In this document: positions 44,101-59,100 of the stretch, piece by piece
Numbering within the stretch: position 1 is the stretch's first letter
Layout of the letters: each line of letters starts with the position of its first letter
NCBI GenBank assembly: GCA_026387455.1
Contig: JAPLLR010000046.1
Span: 4,921 to 68,920, forward strand
Length of the DNA stretch: 64,000 nucleotides
Direction: 5' to 3'
Source: Candidatus Omnitrophota bacterium
Lineage (GTDB): Bacteria; Omnitrophota; Gorgyraeia; Gygaellales; Profunditerraquicolaceae
Translations under genes and position numbers: made by a program
Notes under the pieces: model-generated
The model's database searches: none
The model's input: only the letters and a program-made list of their open reading frames with translations
Told to the model about the DNA's origin: nothing

Positions 44101-47100
44101 AGAAGATACCTGCGCGATGTGCTTATGGTGCTGGAATGGGAGTTGTCAAAACAGAATGCTATCAAGGACCGCGCCTCATTGTTCCCGACTGCCCAGGAGC
44201 GTAAAGACGAAGCTGCAAGCGTTGATACGCAGAAAGCTCAAGACGCCCAGAAGGCCGGAATTGGGGCGATAGCTAAGGTTTCTTGGTTAGGCGTACTTTG
44301 TTCTTTTATCGGTCACAGCATCCAGGAGAGGGAAAAGAGGTTCTGGGACAGGGTTGCGGATTATTCCGGAGCTAGGAAGGTCTTTTACTTTGTCTTCGCT
44401 TTAGTTGCATTCATTCCTAGTTCAGCATTGGGGATAGCATTGCATTTTGGCAAGGCAGCCAGAGATTTCTTTATCCGTCATCAGGATAGGAACAACGAGG
44501 AAGCTTTTAGAATGCATGGCATGATGGCTGGTAAAGAGCTTTTGAAATTAGCCGACGCAGAAGAGCATGTAAGGGCTGCGTTTATGATGGCGGATAGGAT
44601 CAGCTTGAGCGGTAAACCTTCCGCCAATGTTTCGAATAGTATCAGGTTAAGCAAGAGGGGAATCTTCTGCCGGGAATGGTGGCGCTATCACTGGTTTGCC
44701 GCCAGAATGCGTTGGCCTAATGTCACCGGTGCCCTCTCATTTGTTAAGAGCAGGGTGGTCTTATTGATTTGCGGTTCCATCATCAGCTGGCCGATTGTCT
44801 ACGTTCTTTGCATACACTGCCCATGGTTGGCTAATGCTGTTCCGTTAATCAAGCCGCTCTTAGATGGCTGGGCTGTCAAGCAGGGCTTCCCGATTACCTG
44901 GGCCGAAATCTTGAAGATATTCTTCCTAGAGCTCTTCCTTACCTTCTTCCAGAACCCTGGTCTTCTTAGGGATGAATTATTGCGTTTTAATGGAGCGCAG
45001 AGCATTATTCAGGTCGAGCCCGGAAAGGCCAGCGCAAATATTGATAGGGGCATTATAAAAGGATTAAATGAGAATAATATGAGCACCAGGAAATTATATA
45101 ATGCCGGCTATGTTATCTTTACCGGAGCCCCGCATCTGAAGCTATTATTTGAGGAGAAGTGGGGAGCCTCCCGCGATAGCCATCCTTTGATTACCCTGAA
45201 AGCTTTCGCAAGCAATATCCTTAACGTAGCTACTTTAATGGTCCCGCTAGTAGTTATTCCCACGATGCTTTATACCTTATCTAGCTGGCATGTAGCATCA
45301 GCGGTCCTTATCTTATCGCTTTCTTTAGTGGCCTTCTTGGCTCCCAGACAATTCTATGTGTATATAGCGTTTAAACTCTCTCCGCCAAAAGACAAAGAAG
45401 CGCAGGATAGGTTGAAAAGAAGAATAGTGTTCGCCGCGGCATTGGATAAGCAGAAAACTGATTTCTTAAAGGGCGCGTGGGGGCTATCCATCATCGGAAT
45501 TGAAATCGGCGCCATCCGTGAATTAGGTCACCTGATACAGGGCCCGATAGGCACCATCGCTGATATTTTTGAAGGGCCGGAAGGCGCCCTGTCTCTCGGC
45601 GGACGCTTCTTCTCTTACTACGAAAGCCAGATCTGCGAGCATGTCTTTGGAATGCAGATTGACCAGCAGGATGAGCAGGATAAGAAAGAAATAGTTAGCC
45701 AGTTCCTTTATAATTACTTCGGCGGTAAGGGCCCGATGGAAGCAGCGTTTGCCTATGCCAGCTATCGCAATCGCGAATATTCCAAGGCCGCGCAGCTTAT
45801 GTCTGGCATCGTGAGTAGGTATGATTTAGATCAAGAAGGCCGTAACTTGACTGACAATGTCATGAAGGCTAGCGGTGAAGGCCTATCAGATAACCTTGGA
45901 AAGGCGATGAGGGAAAACGCCGAGGCCAGGGAAAGGCTTGCCAAGAATCGCGATAGATGGATAGCAGATATGGCGGACAGTCCTTATTTAAGCCAGGAAG
46001 CGTTTCTGGGTATGTTTGGCGTTGACGGATTCGAGCACTATTATAACGCTGTTGGTGACAATAAGAATAAGCTGGATCAGACTTTGCCTAATTCAGTCAA
46101 AGAAGTAAGAAATAATCTGATTCAGACAGCTCAAGTTGCTTTTGAGAAATGGCTCGTCAAAGGCGGGTTAGCAGAAGATTCCTTGCCTGTCGAGTTGATA
46201 GTAGCCAGGCAGTCTGATGTGGCTGAACCGGTTTCTGGCCAGCAGCAGGTGGCGGTATTAAGAATAAACCCTTTAACCAAGGAAGCCAGGATTTACTACT
46301 GGACCTCAGATGGGGAAACGGCTAAAACAGAAGTTTCTTGGGCCAATATTAGCGGAATAGTGATACCTGAAGGATTAAAGCAGTCTGTCATTGTTCTGAC
46401 CTCTCAGGAGCTCTTGACTGGCGAAGGTAAGGATGCCGGGTTCATCGTGCAGGCAAAAGGCCTGATCGAGGCGGTGTTAATTGATATCAAAAAGACCAAG
46501 ATTACCCTTGCAGAAAAGGACATTGATACCAGGGTGCTGGAGGAGCGTAAGGCAGAAGCGCTCAGGATAAAGGGCGTAAGCCGCCAGACTGAAGCCATCC
46601 ATATCAACGGAAACGGTAACGGCGAAGACACCCAGAGCATTATGGATAAGTTGATCAAGTTGGGCCCCAAGACCTGGCGCCAGCTTTTGAGAGGAGAGAA
46701 TCAGCAGGATTTTGTGAGCGTGATTAAGGCCATGGAAAGGGCTGGCTATCTGGATGACTGGAGCGAGGATGGTTTAACCGCAGCCATGGAGGCCTTCTGC
46801 AGGAGCAAGGGAGATTTAGATTTTAGGAAAGATTTCGCGAAGGTAAAAGATGCCGTCGTCAAAGAGCTGAGGGAGAGGGTCGGAATAGAAAAGGAAATAG
46901 AGAAGATCAAGGTAGAGATCAAGAAGGTTGATCCTTTAGAAGAGGGCAAGAAGAAAGAGCTCAAGATTAAAGAAGTAATGCTTGAGATAGAATTAGCCCA
47001 GATGGCTAGCAAAGTAAAGGATGCAGTCAGGGAGACCAAGGAAGATAAGGCAAGCGTAGCCACCAAGATAGGTAATTGGATTGGTCGCCAGAAGACAGAG

Positions 47101-50100
47101 GTGATGTCGCCTGAGAAATCAAAGATCAAGTCCTTGTCCGAGGAAAAAGATGCCTTAAGAGAGAATGTGGCTTACCTGAAGAAGATAGCTATTGTTACCG
47201 GAGATAAGGAGCTGGAGCAGCTGGCAAGGCAAATGAGTGCTTTGCAAGAGATGCTAGACTTCTCCATTGCCGCCTTAAGAAATTCTGGTAACTATGATGA
47301 CGAGAGATTACGCGCCATGGACCAGAAGGCGCAGGAGCTGGCGATGTCAATCGCTAAGCTTAAGATCGGCAAGCTGAATTTTGCGGAGATAAAGAAGAAG
47401 CTTGGAAATATACAGTTAACAACCAGCCAGGTACCCATGCCTGATATCAACAGCCTGCTGCAGGAAATAACATTCGGCAGGTTCTTTGAATTCGGCACAG
47501 ACTTATCCGCATATTTCGGCCAGGTGAAGAAATTCTACGTAAACTATACTTCTGAGGCGGCAAAGGCAGAAAGGCAGCGCCAGCAGAATGTGCTTTCTAG
47601 GATTAACTCTTCCTTAGAGAATATATTAAGGACGGATTCAGGGGCTTACGAGGTTTATTCTAGGTTCGAGGCTGATCCCAAGGCTGTTGAGATAGAGCTC
47701 CAGGCTTATCAGGATATGGTGGCAAGCCTCAAGCAGACATACCTTAGCGGCATAAAGTATCCTGTGCGCGATAATCTGGGCAGGGTGGTTTTTGAGTTTG
47801 ATTTTGAGGCGAGGCTTGCGGCATTGAAGGTTTTGTATAAAGATGCGATCCTGGCCAGAGTAGTCAACGAGAATATGGAGAAATTGTTCCTGGGTAATGC
47901 TGAAGTCTCCACAGAATCGCTGCGCAGGCAGTTAGAGGAGTTAGCCAACAATGAATCAGAGATCGATGCTATGATCCGGGGAGAGCAAACATCTAAATAC
48001 TGGGATACGCTGGTAGAGGCATTGCTCAAGGTTAATGGAAAAGAGATGACTAAGCAAGCGCAGGAAGAGTGGTTAAGGGGCTACGTTGATTCTATCAATC
48101 TTTACCAGGATCCTAAGGTAGTATTGAAGAATATGATTGATGAGCTAAGCGCTATGATAGTCCTTAAGGAAGCTAACCGGGACACCAAGGAAGCATCGGC
48201 AAAAGATGTCAGAACAAAGCTTGAGCAGATGAGGGACCTGATCTTTGCCTTAAAGCCTGCGCTCGTGATACGCTATGAAGACAGGACTGACTTACCTATA
48301 AGTAAAGAGCTGATTGACCTGGTGATCCGTTTCTTCGCTGATGTAAGGACCCTGGCTGATTTGGAAGCAAAAGCAGGCACACCTGAATATATCAAGCTTA
48401 ATAAATTATTGCATAAACTTGAAGAGCGAGCCCCAGATGATATCGTGGCTGTTTCTGAAAATGCAACCCAGGAGTTAGAAGATGCGCGTGGATATATTGA
48501 AGAAGGTAAGAAGAATATTCCTGAGAGCAAGAAAGAGGAATTAGCCAAGCTAGAAGAGCAGAAAGCAGCGGCCCAGAAGAATATCCAGAAATTGGAGCAG
48601 AACAAGAACTGGCTGAATAGGGCTATCAAATGGCTGGGCTTTGATTCAAAAGATGTCGAAGACCTTTCCGCCGAGAGCACCAGCCTGGATAGGAAAATTC
48701 AAAAGGCGACAGCGCAGCAAAAAATTGACCATAAGGCAAGGCTCGAGGCATATGAAAGGTCTATACAGGTCTTAAATAGTATCTTCCCGCAGAAAGAAGA
48801 AGATCAGGCTAAATTAATTGCTGATCCGGATAAGGCGCTAGAAGGAATAAAGAACGTTAAAGATGTATTAGCTGAGGTCTTAAGCGGAATAGAGGCCAAA
48901 ATCAAAGAAAAGATGGATTCTGCCAGAAAAGATGGCCAGGCTAAGAATGATAACGCCTGGTTTGACAAGTACCTGGTAGAGACGCTTGAATTAAGGGCCA
49001 AGAGGGATAGGATTAAGGATTTATTATCGAGGATAGAAATACAGAAGGTGCTTATCGAAGATGCGCAAAAGCTTTATGCCAGATGGAAGGCGTTTATCAT
49101 TCGCTGCGCGCTTGAAGGCTACTCTGCTCTGGCGGAGTATGAACTGATCCATAAGATGGATGAACTTAAGCTAAGCCTTAGCCTCAGCACCTTTGATGTT
49201 TTGGATAGAGCATATTTTAAGATGCTGGCAGAGGATATGGGCATTGAAAAGAAAAACGTGGTCAATGTCATCAAGTCAAGGCTAGACAGCGATGAGAAGA
49301 AAATAGCCAACTTTATTTCTCGCCTCCAGGAGAGGCTGAATTCTGCTGGTGGATACTTTGTAGGGTCTGAGGTGTTAGCGATACTCAACAGCTTAGTTCT
49401 GGAAGAAGCTAGGATGACTCCTCAGGTAAATGATGCTCTCAGAATTGCAGAATTCTCAAGGCGCGTATCTTTGGCCAATAGCTTTGTAGAGAGCTTCCAG
49501 AAAATCCTGGCTTTCAGAATCGGCAAGATCAGCACAGAGCGCATTATTAATTTGGCGGATGAGACCGCTAAGACCCTGGTAAGAGAAAGGTTTGTCGCGG
49601 AGCTGCAGTCAAGGCACAAAGAATTGAATGCCGAACAGATAAGTCGCTTTAGCGCGATAGTTGAGAAGATTGGCCAGATGCGCGTACTCGAGGGATTAAG
49701 GGTAAACAGAGTCACGATACTTAGAGCCGCAGAGGAATTAGGCAAATTAAACGAAAGAGAGCTCTCCCGGGCATATGAGACGGTAATCGAAGGCAGGGGC
49801 ATTGGCGTAGCCACCAAAGAACTGGAAAAATCTATTGAGGGGGTAAGAGAGGATATCGCAGAAGCAAAGGCTAGAAAGGAAAAGGATAAGAAGGCTATCG
49901 AGGAACTGCAGCAGAAACTGATAAGCTTAAACAAGGCATTTTACATATTAAAAGAAACCAATTCTGAAATAGCCGCAATAATCAAAGAAGTCGCCGGCTC
50001 CTTCAATTCTGATGAAGTAGTGGATCTTGCCCTGAAGGCCTTTGGCAGGTTAGAGGCTAGGCTGGCTGCTAGAGCCGCTGCGGAAAAAGATGAGTTCGTG

Positions 50101-53100
50101 CGTAAGCAATTAGAATCCAGTCTGGAAGCTTTAAAGACAGATATCAAGGCACTGATTTATATCCTTAAGGTCGTAGCGCCTTCCATGAGAAGCAGGATTA
50201 ATGCGACAGCTTTAGGTTTGAAGAGCCGGATTCAGGAGCTCCTGCCAGTTGCTGCGGTTGAGCAGATCAATCCCGAGGCGATTAGGTTAAGAGAGGTGTT
50301 TGATCAATTGGCTCAGGATAGATCAGCAAAAGACATAACTAAGGAGCAGGTAGATGTTTTAAGCGTTATAGCAAGCATCCTCGGGGAGAGCATAAATCAA
50401 TCACTTTATGTCAAGGATGCTGAAAAGCATGATATCGCAGGGCTTAGGATTCAGTTAGGATTGTTGCAGCTTGCTGAAAACGCGGATAGTGACACCGGCT
50501 TCATTAATGGTTTGAATCCCGCGCAATACTGGACAGATTCACTAGAGAAGGGTTATCAGGAGGCAAGGGATCATGTGCGTTTAGGTGATAATCCTTTCTA
50601 TGAAGATATGTACAGAAGCGAACTTGAGGCCAGGGAAAGCAGACTTCAGACGCAGAAGGTTCATAAGCAGGTTGAGGCGTTGGTTAAGGATGTCACTGAT
50701 ACCAAGGCTAGGCTCGATCGGTTTACGGCGAATAAGGCTGCATATTCCGATGCCCAGGCTCGCATCAATAAAGAGAAGGAAAGATTAGATAATCTTTACA
50801 AAGAGCTGAATAAGGTAAGCAATGATGAGGATAAGCTTGTTGAGAGCGCGGTATACTTAAGGCATCTGGCTGAGGCGACTAAAGAGCTGTGCTTACGCAT
50901 TATCGAGTTGAGGAAGGTGGATAGAGAGCTCAATGATATCGAGGGCAGAAAAGGTGCCGCAGAAACGATGAAGAACTGGATGCTGTGGCAGGTAAAAGCT
51001 GGTCTGTCGCGGGATTGGGATATGTATCTGATCTGCATGGATCTGGGGAATAAGTTAGCTGTTAAGCTGGATGAGTTTGATAAGACTCGGGAAGCTTTAG
51101 CAGCCTTGGAGAAGGAAAGAGAAGAATTATCCAAAAAACGTGATGAGTTGAACGCAGAGCAAAAGCTTAGGGATGTTAAGGGGCTCCAGGAGCAGGAGGA
51201 TTTCATCATCAGCAGCCTGGAAAAAGAGAGAGCTGCATTCTTAGCTAAGGTTGAAGAGTTATATCAATTAGGTCTGCAGGCAGCAGATTTAAGGACACAG
51301 ATCAGCCGTGCGAACGCTTCCATTACTCGTTTTGCCTCTAAGATGCAGGCCCAGGCGAGTCCGGAAGATATTAAGCAGCAGCAGGAAGAGCTGAAATCCC
51401 TGCAGGATAAGCGTAAGCTCCTTGAGGATAAGTTAGTTGAATTGGAAAAGCAGATGGCAGCGCGTAATCAAGAGCTAAGGAATACCGTGGAGATGCTTAA
51501 GATCGCAAAGGCTATTGAGGGTTATAGCGCAGCCTTAATTAAAATGAAACAAGCCTTGGATGCCACAACTGACAAAAAAGAAAAGCGTGAAGAAGAAAAG
51601 AGGATTAATAAATTAAGCTTGAATATCCAGGCCCTGGTCAAGGCTAAAGATGATACTACTAAGACACTGTTTGAAAGGATAACTGTCTGTCAGAAGATAC
51701 AGAATAGTATTGAAGTAAATCTCAAGCAGAATGATGAAGGTGCTGAGCTTGAGAAGCAGTTACGCAAGGTAAATATAAGGCTTGAAGAATTAAGGAAGAG
51801 TATCGCTGTCAAGGAGCAGGAGGTCAGGAATGCGCTAGATAAGATAGAGTTGATCACAGGCGCTGATGCCGTAAGGACGCTGTACAGCCAGGAGAATACA
51901 TTAAGAGAAGAGCTGAATGAGCGCTTAAGCGCCTTGAAAGAATTAAAGGATAAAGATAGCGCTAAGAGAGGCCTAAGGCAGGATAAAGATGATATCTTAG
52001 GCAGGAAGACAGCCTCTAACTATAGCGATGACCTGATCGGCCAGATCCATACTTTGAAGATGACTGATCTTACTGATGAAGAGAAGGCTGTCTTGGAAGA
52101 TATCGAGGCTTGGCAGAGGGAAAATCAACAGGGGGTATTCATGGTTTCAGTCTTGGATAATTTGATTGCTTCTTCTGAGGCGCTTAAGGAAGAAGTGGAT
52201 ACCGATACCTTCAGGAATAATATCATCGAGAGATTGACCGGATGCGAAGCAGAGTGGTTGATTTACCTGAATGCCCAGGTAAAAGAACTGCTTAAGAAAG
52301 AAGCTCCGTTATTAGCATTTGGAGATAAGAAGGCATTCTATAGCTGGCTGAAGAGCGAATTCCCGAGGGTGCATGACAAGTATGACCTCAAAGACACTTC
52401 TCTTTATAAAAAGATACTTTATATAGTGGGTGAGCTTTTTGAGATAAATCATCGCGATATCGGTGATCCGATAGCCGGCAAGGAGAGTTCCGACATACAG
52501 GCCGCGGCTGAATCCAGGGTTAATGCCGAAAAAGATAAGACAAATTTAAGCGGCACATTAGCCAGCGTGAACAAGGATGCCCTGACCTTAAGCGTTTACG
52601 CATCCTTACGTACGACTAAGGATGATAGCGCAGAGAAATCCGTATTAAAGACAGGCGTAAGATTAGGGGCTAATCTCGGTAAACTTATAGAGAATGATGA
52701 GTATATAAATAATTCAGACTTGGAGAAGATATTCACCGGTATTTACCGTGCCTATGAACAGATATCCGCCAGCGCGCAGAATATCATGGTTACCTACGAA
52801 AGAGTGTATACCTTAAAACAAAAGCTTAATGATTTGGGTGGCAACGTGGATGTAGAATACTTACGTATAAAAGCTGATTTAAGGCAGGCGCAGAGGGATT
52901 TAGCCAGGGCATTGGAACTTGAAGGCCGCGTAGACATCAGCTTAGAGGCTAGCCCGGAGAAATTGCAGCAGGTAGTGTTGGATAAAGTTGAGGCTGCTAT
53001 ACACGAAGCGATCAAAACCCAGCTAGCGGATATTGAAGGCGTTGACCCGGGAATGCTGGCTAGACTGTTAGAGAGAGTTTCAGTGTATGTGACAATAGGT

Positions 53101-56100
53101 TATGAAGCTACTAGCCTTAAGGAGACCGGAGCTGAAACCCAGAAGAGCAATAAATATCCCTTAAGCTTCATGCTGCATTTGGTTATCTGGGATGGCGCAA
53201 GCGGAGTGAATAAGGAGATTAAAGAGACGCAGAAAAAGCTTTATGAGTATAAGAAGGCGATGATCCTGGATGACTTAGAGGATAGAATCAAAAATGCGGA
53301 TAGCGTCTGGGAGATGGCTAGAAATATGCGCTATAAAGAGATGGTCACCAGGAAGTCTGGTAACATTGAGCAGGCCATATTCGGCGAAAGGATGAAGAAA
53401 CAAGCAAAGGCCGAAGAGAAGAAGGCTGAGCCCGCGTTTGAATTTGAGACGGAAAATGTTTATCCGGGCATAGATGAGCCGGTTGCCGAAGTAAGCAGCC
53501 AGATTGATAGCCAGCCGCTTGATGTAAATATCCATATGCCTTTCGGCCAGATTCAGGAGACGGCTAGCTTAGTCAGGCCCGAAGACAGGGATGAGGCATT
53601 CAATAAAGCGTTATGTGAGGCCATACTTTATAACGAAATCACCTACGGCAATAAGGAATTATATATTAATGCCTATGTGTATTTGATGCGTAATGTGCAC
53701 ATCTGGCCGGAAGATTTGACTACAGAAAAAGTCCTATGCATGATGGATTCTAGGCTCAGGGTTAGGTTCGAGAAATATCTCCCGGAGATCATGGAGAATT
53801 TAAGGAAGGCGCGTAATGAGCATAGCAGTAATCTTTTGAAGTGCCTCATTGATGAAGAAGATAGCATTATGATAGAGCTGGGTAAGCATCCGCAGCCGCA
53901 ATTGCGCAAGACTTTAGAGCAGAAATTGGCCAGGGTCAGGGAAGAGAATAAGCTCGTCATCGAAAGAGAGGAAGTTTCTGCGGATAGCTTAAATGGCGCT
54001 ATAGAGGAAAGATTAAAAGAGATCTATGATGGCCAGGAAGGAGAACTTTTCATCAAGTTAAATGAAGATTACCTGGCTAGCGAGTTGGAAAAGAAAAGTA
54101 GGAATGTTTCAGCGGATAGCCTGATTGATGCTGCGCGCAGACAGGAGGCAGAATATTTATCCATGCTGATCGAGGCCAGGATTGAATCTCAACCTCGTAT
54201 CCGTCTGGTCGAGCTGTTGGACAAGAGCCAAGAGCTGCACGCCAAGACAACTGCCTTAATAGCTGCAATCAAAGAAAAGCAAAGAGTACCTTCCGCAGTG
54301 CTTCCTGAAGCGACAAAGTCAGGTTTTGAAGTGGCTACGCAAGAAGATGGAAAAGCAGAAAAGGCCCTGAATAAGCTGGTCGAGAAATTGAATGACCAGG
54401 ATTGGAGCGTCTTATTAGAAGATCAGATCTTAGGCAGCGTGCTTAAGGATATACGCGTACATGAACCCAGATTCCTAGGTTTTCTCCCATTTTGGGACAG
54501 CGATTTCAAGAACGCCGTGCAGGATGCCATTTCTAAGGTTAAGGACGCCAAGGTCAGCGAAGAAGAGATCCTGGATAAATTGGCAGAGGGAATGCGCGCG
54601 TATATCCAGAAGAAAGACGCAGACGGCACTCTTGGAGAACTTATCGTTAGAAGTGCAGACTTGAAGGGATTAAAGATAGACGGCCTTGCTGCCGAGGAAT
54701 TAAGCGAGATGATCGATGCAATCTTCTCCGGAAAATCCGATTCCATGTACGCTTCCAGCTTTGTCAGCGCCATGGAAGAGCAGTTGGAGAAGGCCAAACA
54801 TTCCAAAGATCAGGTGGTTGCTAACTTGAAAAAAGCGATCATCTCCTTCCAGCTCGACGAACTTATCAGTAAGATAAGGGAAGAGCTACCCATAGCCATA
54901 GCAACCAAGAAAGCCGCTTTGGAGGTTCTGAATTGGCTGAAAGATAAAGAAGCTAAAGGTTTGCCTGAATATCTTACGGCAAATAGAAGATATCTGGATA
55001 CTGTAGAGTATAATCAGTTCCAGGCGACATTAAACACTTTTAAGACATGGTACGTAAACAAGGAAAAATTAAGCCAGGCTTTTGACAATGCCGCTTCAGG
55101 CTCTGGTACTCCGCCGCCGCCTCCTGAGTTGGAAGGCGCAGTAAGATCATTTATCGAAGGCACCTATGATACGAAGGCTGGAGAGTTTAACGGTGGAGAG
55201 TATAGCCTTTATCTTAATTACGCCCGTACAGAGAATAAATTATCGGAATTAGAGATAAGGCGTAGTGAACTGGAAAGAGCCGGTATTGATTTATCTTTGA
55301 TCAACCTGGTTTTAGCCACTTCCAAGATGACCTTCTGGACCGCCGAAGAGAGGTCCGATTACTTCCAGAATTACAAGGCTAAGGCCAAAGAAGTAAGTGA
55401 AGACAGCATTGAATTATTGAAGACCCAGCTTTACTTAAAGGCCCTGCGCCAGGCTCTGGTTTATAAGGCAGACGAGATCAGCAGCGATGACCAGAAAGAG
55501 TATTTTCTGGGAGATAGCTTAAGCAAATATTCCAGGGATGGAGCTGGCAAGTCATTAAAAACTTTGCGTGAAAGTATAGACGGACTAAAAGATGCCGATG
55601 ATATTAAGGCCGCGATCAAGTATTATCAGGAGAAGAGCGTTTCTCTTAACAGGAAGGCGATATTGGATGCCTTAGATACCTACAGGGCATACGTACAGTT
55701 CCTGCGCGAAAACAAGCAGGATATCTCTATAAACCTGGCCACCAATTATATCGTAATGGGGGTTATGAACGCCATTTACTTGATACAGGTATTGACCAGC
55801 GATCTTGGGTCCCCCAACGCTACCAAGATCGATGCGATGCGCAAGAAGATGCTTCCTGAGTTCAAGCTCTTAGGTGCGCAGCTTTACGGCCAGTCTGCTA
55901 TGCAGATCAACGGAAAGTCCGTGAACATCGCCAGGCAGAATTATTATGTGAACCCGAGGAATGCATTCATCTTCCACGAGGTTGCGGATTACACCGGGAA
56001 CCATTACATCGAACAATTAAAACGCAATATCGTATTCCGCGAACAGACTGATAATAGCTCTACATGGATGGAGGTCAGGTATACTGACCTGGATCTATCT

Positions 56101-59100
56101 ACCAGCCAGCGGACCACTAGCTCTACCTCGACTAGCCAGCAGACCTCTCTGGACCAGGAGAATAATGATCTTCTCCAGCAGCAGGATAATCAGCAGTATG
56201 TATTAAATAGCAGCAAGCTGATTTCTATGGGTAATCTTGGGAAGCTGCGCGCGGATTACAGCGTCCTGATCAATTCCGATAGGACTGGCAGCGGCACAGG
56301 CACTGAGGATACCTCTACCTCAACTACGGCTAGCTCCTCTAGCCAGCAGGAAGCCGAGCAAAGGCGCCGCGCCAACGAGCATCGCATCGGTTTGGAATAC
56401 GAAAGAGGCACGGATGTGAAATTCAAGGCAGGAGTTAACTTCTATATTAATTACGATAATGTAGATGCCTCTAGCGATACTACTACCACTACTGGCACAA
56501 CCACAGAGGATAATGCCAGCCCATATCGCTATGTGATATATCTGGACGCGGATACTGACTCTACCAACGGCCGCATCGGAGTGGAGGTCAAAGAAGACGG
56601 TGAGCTTTCTGTCTTCTCCAGCTACCGCCATCTCTTTGACTTAAACGGTAACCGCGGAAGGCTGGAGTTGAGCTATCAGGATCAGACCATTTACGGAAAA
56701 TATAATCAGAGAGCCGGAGCCTGGGTCTTTGAAGGATTATTCCAGCAGGACGATACCGCGCTGATTATCGATGTCCGCGCCGGACGCGATATCGGCAATA
56801 GCGGCTGGAGATGGGGTGTGGGAGACAGATATCAGGCCAATGATGATAATTCAGATACACAGGATAGTTCTACTTCTACTTCTACTTCTACCACAGATAG
56901 CTCTTCCAACAATAAGAGTAATGTGCCGTATCTTATCCTCGCCAAGAAATCTGGTAGCGTAGAAGTCTTTAACTTAAAAGCGGGTTGGGATACTGAGACC
57001 AATAATCCGGATGGAAAAGTTAAGGGACAGTATATGACGACCGCCAACAATACGTTATATTTAAGCGCGGAGACTAAGGCTGAAAACACGCAGGCTGAGC
57101 TGGGCAATATCTATTGGACCGGAAACACCGGAAAGCTGACCACTGCGGTGAACTGGACGACAGATGAAGGATTGGGAGCACTATTGAAGTGGTCCGGCCG
57201 CCGCAGCTCTTTAAGCGTATCCGGGACAGAATCCGGCCTAAACGCTACCGCCGAATATTATCTTTTGGGCGAAAATAGCTCTGCCAGCTCCAGGTCACAG
57301 ATAGATAACTCCAACATCCTTAATCTGAGGACGCCGGTAGGCAATATCCGCTATGATTCCAGCTACGCTGAGATAGTGAAAGGTTTACGGGAGAACCTCA
57401 GGAAGGCTGGCACGGATACCAGCAGTGTCTCCAGCGATACCGATATTGAAAGATTGGTAAAGAAGGTAGTGGGCGATAAGGTAGAAAGTAAGAGTATCGA
57501 GTTATTTGAGCGCCTTGGCAAATACATGAAGACTGACGACCTACTTAACCTTCTGGAAGATTATAATGCTCTGCGTAAGAACAGCAGCCTGCCGGAATAT
57601 TTAGGCGTGGATAGCGAAAGCATTGATCTGATGAACCCGTTGCATTTCTGGGAATTCAATTACTGGAGAGAAAAGTACAGGCAGGACAGGCATCAGGCCA
57701 TAGAGTCTATCAACAATCTTAACCAGCTTAAAGATGAAGTCGCTGTACTTATGGGCGAGAGGGCATTTAATTCCGGTAACAGCAAGGAAGTCGGGCTGGT
57801 GCGTCATTTTGCAAGTTTAGTTAATTCAGAGATGCCGGTAGAAAATGTGGAAAGCTATTTGAACAACGCTATCCAGGTCAAGGCCTATTTGACCGCAAGC
57901 AACCGCGCCTTGCCTTATCCGATCATGCCTAAGCTGGACGTCACTGATCCGGAAGCGCTTAATTTCTTATTCCAGTGGACTAATAAATATATAGCCTGGC
58001 GCAATGATAGCATTACTGACCCGCAAGTCTCCAGGCTTATGGCTTACACCGCTGTTTTCTTGAAGGACGAACAGGTGGCCTTCAATACTCAGGCGCGCGC
58101 ACCTCCGCAGATCGCCCAGACCATCGAGCTTGCTGAGAAGCTGCTTAAGGAAGACTCTCAGATGAACGCGGCACAGTTAATCCGCTTCAGCGAACTTTAC
58201 CATACCACCTTAGACAGATTAGGCACCGAATTCAGCCCCGATTTAAAGTTCTACACTGCTTTGCAATTTAGCCCTCTATCCGCGATCGACCCGCAGCGTG
58301 TCAAAGAAGCCAAAGATGCTATTACCCAGGCTGTCTCCGAAGTTGCCTGCGCCTCAGAAGACATCTCGCTTTGTGAGGACAGGGTAGTTGCCCGCCTGAC
58401 TTATCTAGAATATCAGTATCGTGATGTAGCCGTACGCCTTGAGAAGATGATGGAGATGAGGAGTTTCTTTGAAGAGCTGGTCTCTGGGTTAGAGATCTCT
58501 GACTTAAGCCGCCAGGCCATTGATTTGTATTATTGGGTCAAGGCGGAAGAAAGGGACAGCAACGTCAGGAGAGACTTCCTTACTCTCAAGAGGATACATA
58601 CAGATGCGGTCTTTAACGGCGCGCCTTACAGCTTAAGATTGGAAGACCTGAGGAAGCGCCTTGGAGAGCAGCAGGAGATGAACAAGAATTTAAAGAATGA
58701 TTTAGTTCTTGTGGATGAGTTCTTAAAGGCGGTCAAATATTACAGGGCTTGGATGGGCACTTCTAAAGAGCCGCGCATAGAAGTTGAGCGAGCGGGCATA
58801 AACAGCTCGATATTAAAACCGCTATTCCACATAGATCTATCCAACGGATTAGACGAAATGGATAGGCCTGGATTAAAGAAGATGCTTGCATCACCTAGCA
58901 GTAATTTTGATCAGATAAAGGTCAGATCAGTAAGGGCGGATGCGCAGACCGGATTCATTGCTACTGTTAGCGACGCAGGGATATTGATCAACAGGGAGAT
59001 CCTGAATAATGATTCTGTCAAGGCAGGCGAATTCATCGAGCAGGTATTAGAAAGAGCAAATCTTGATAAAGAAGAGAGGGCGCATATAGAAGCGCTGCGC

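Noticed and set aside
9629-56962. Other + strand frame-2 ORFs (9629, 11465, 14480, 18974, 31244, 40844, 50585, 56771).
   Set aside because: They are short with biased Arg/Leu/Ser composition, at least one uses a non-ATG start, and none has a Shine-Dalgarno sequence that I could see. This is consistent with chance ORFs in the +1 frame of a long gene.
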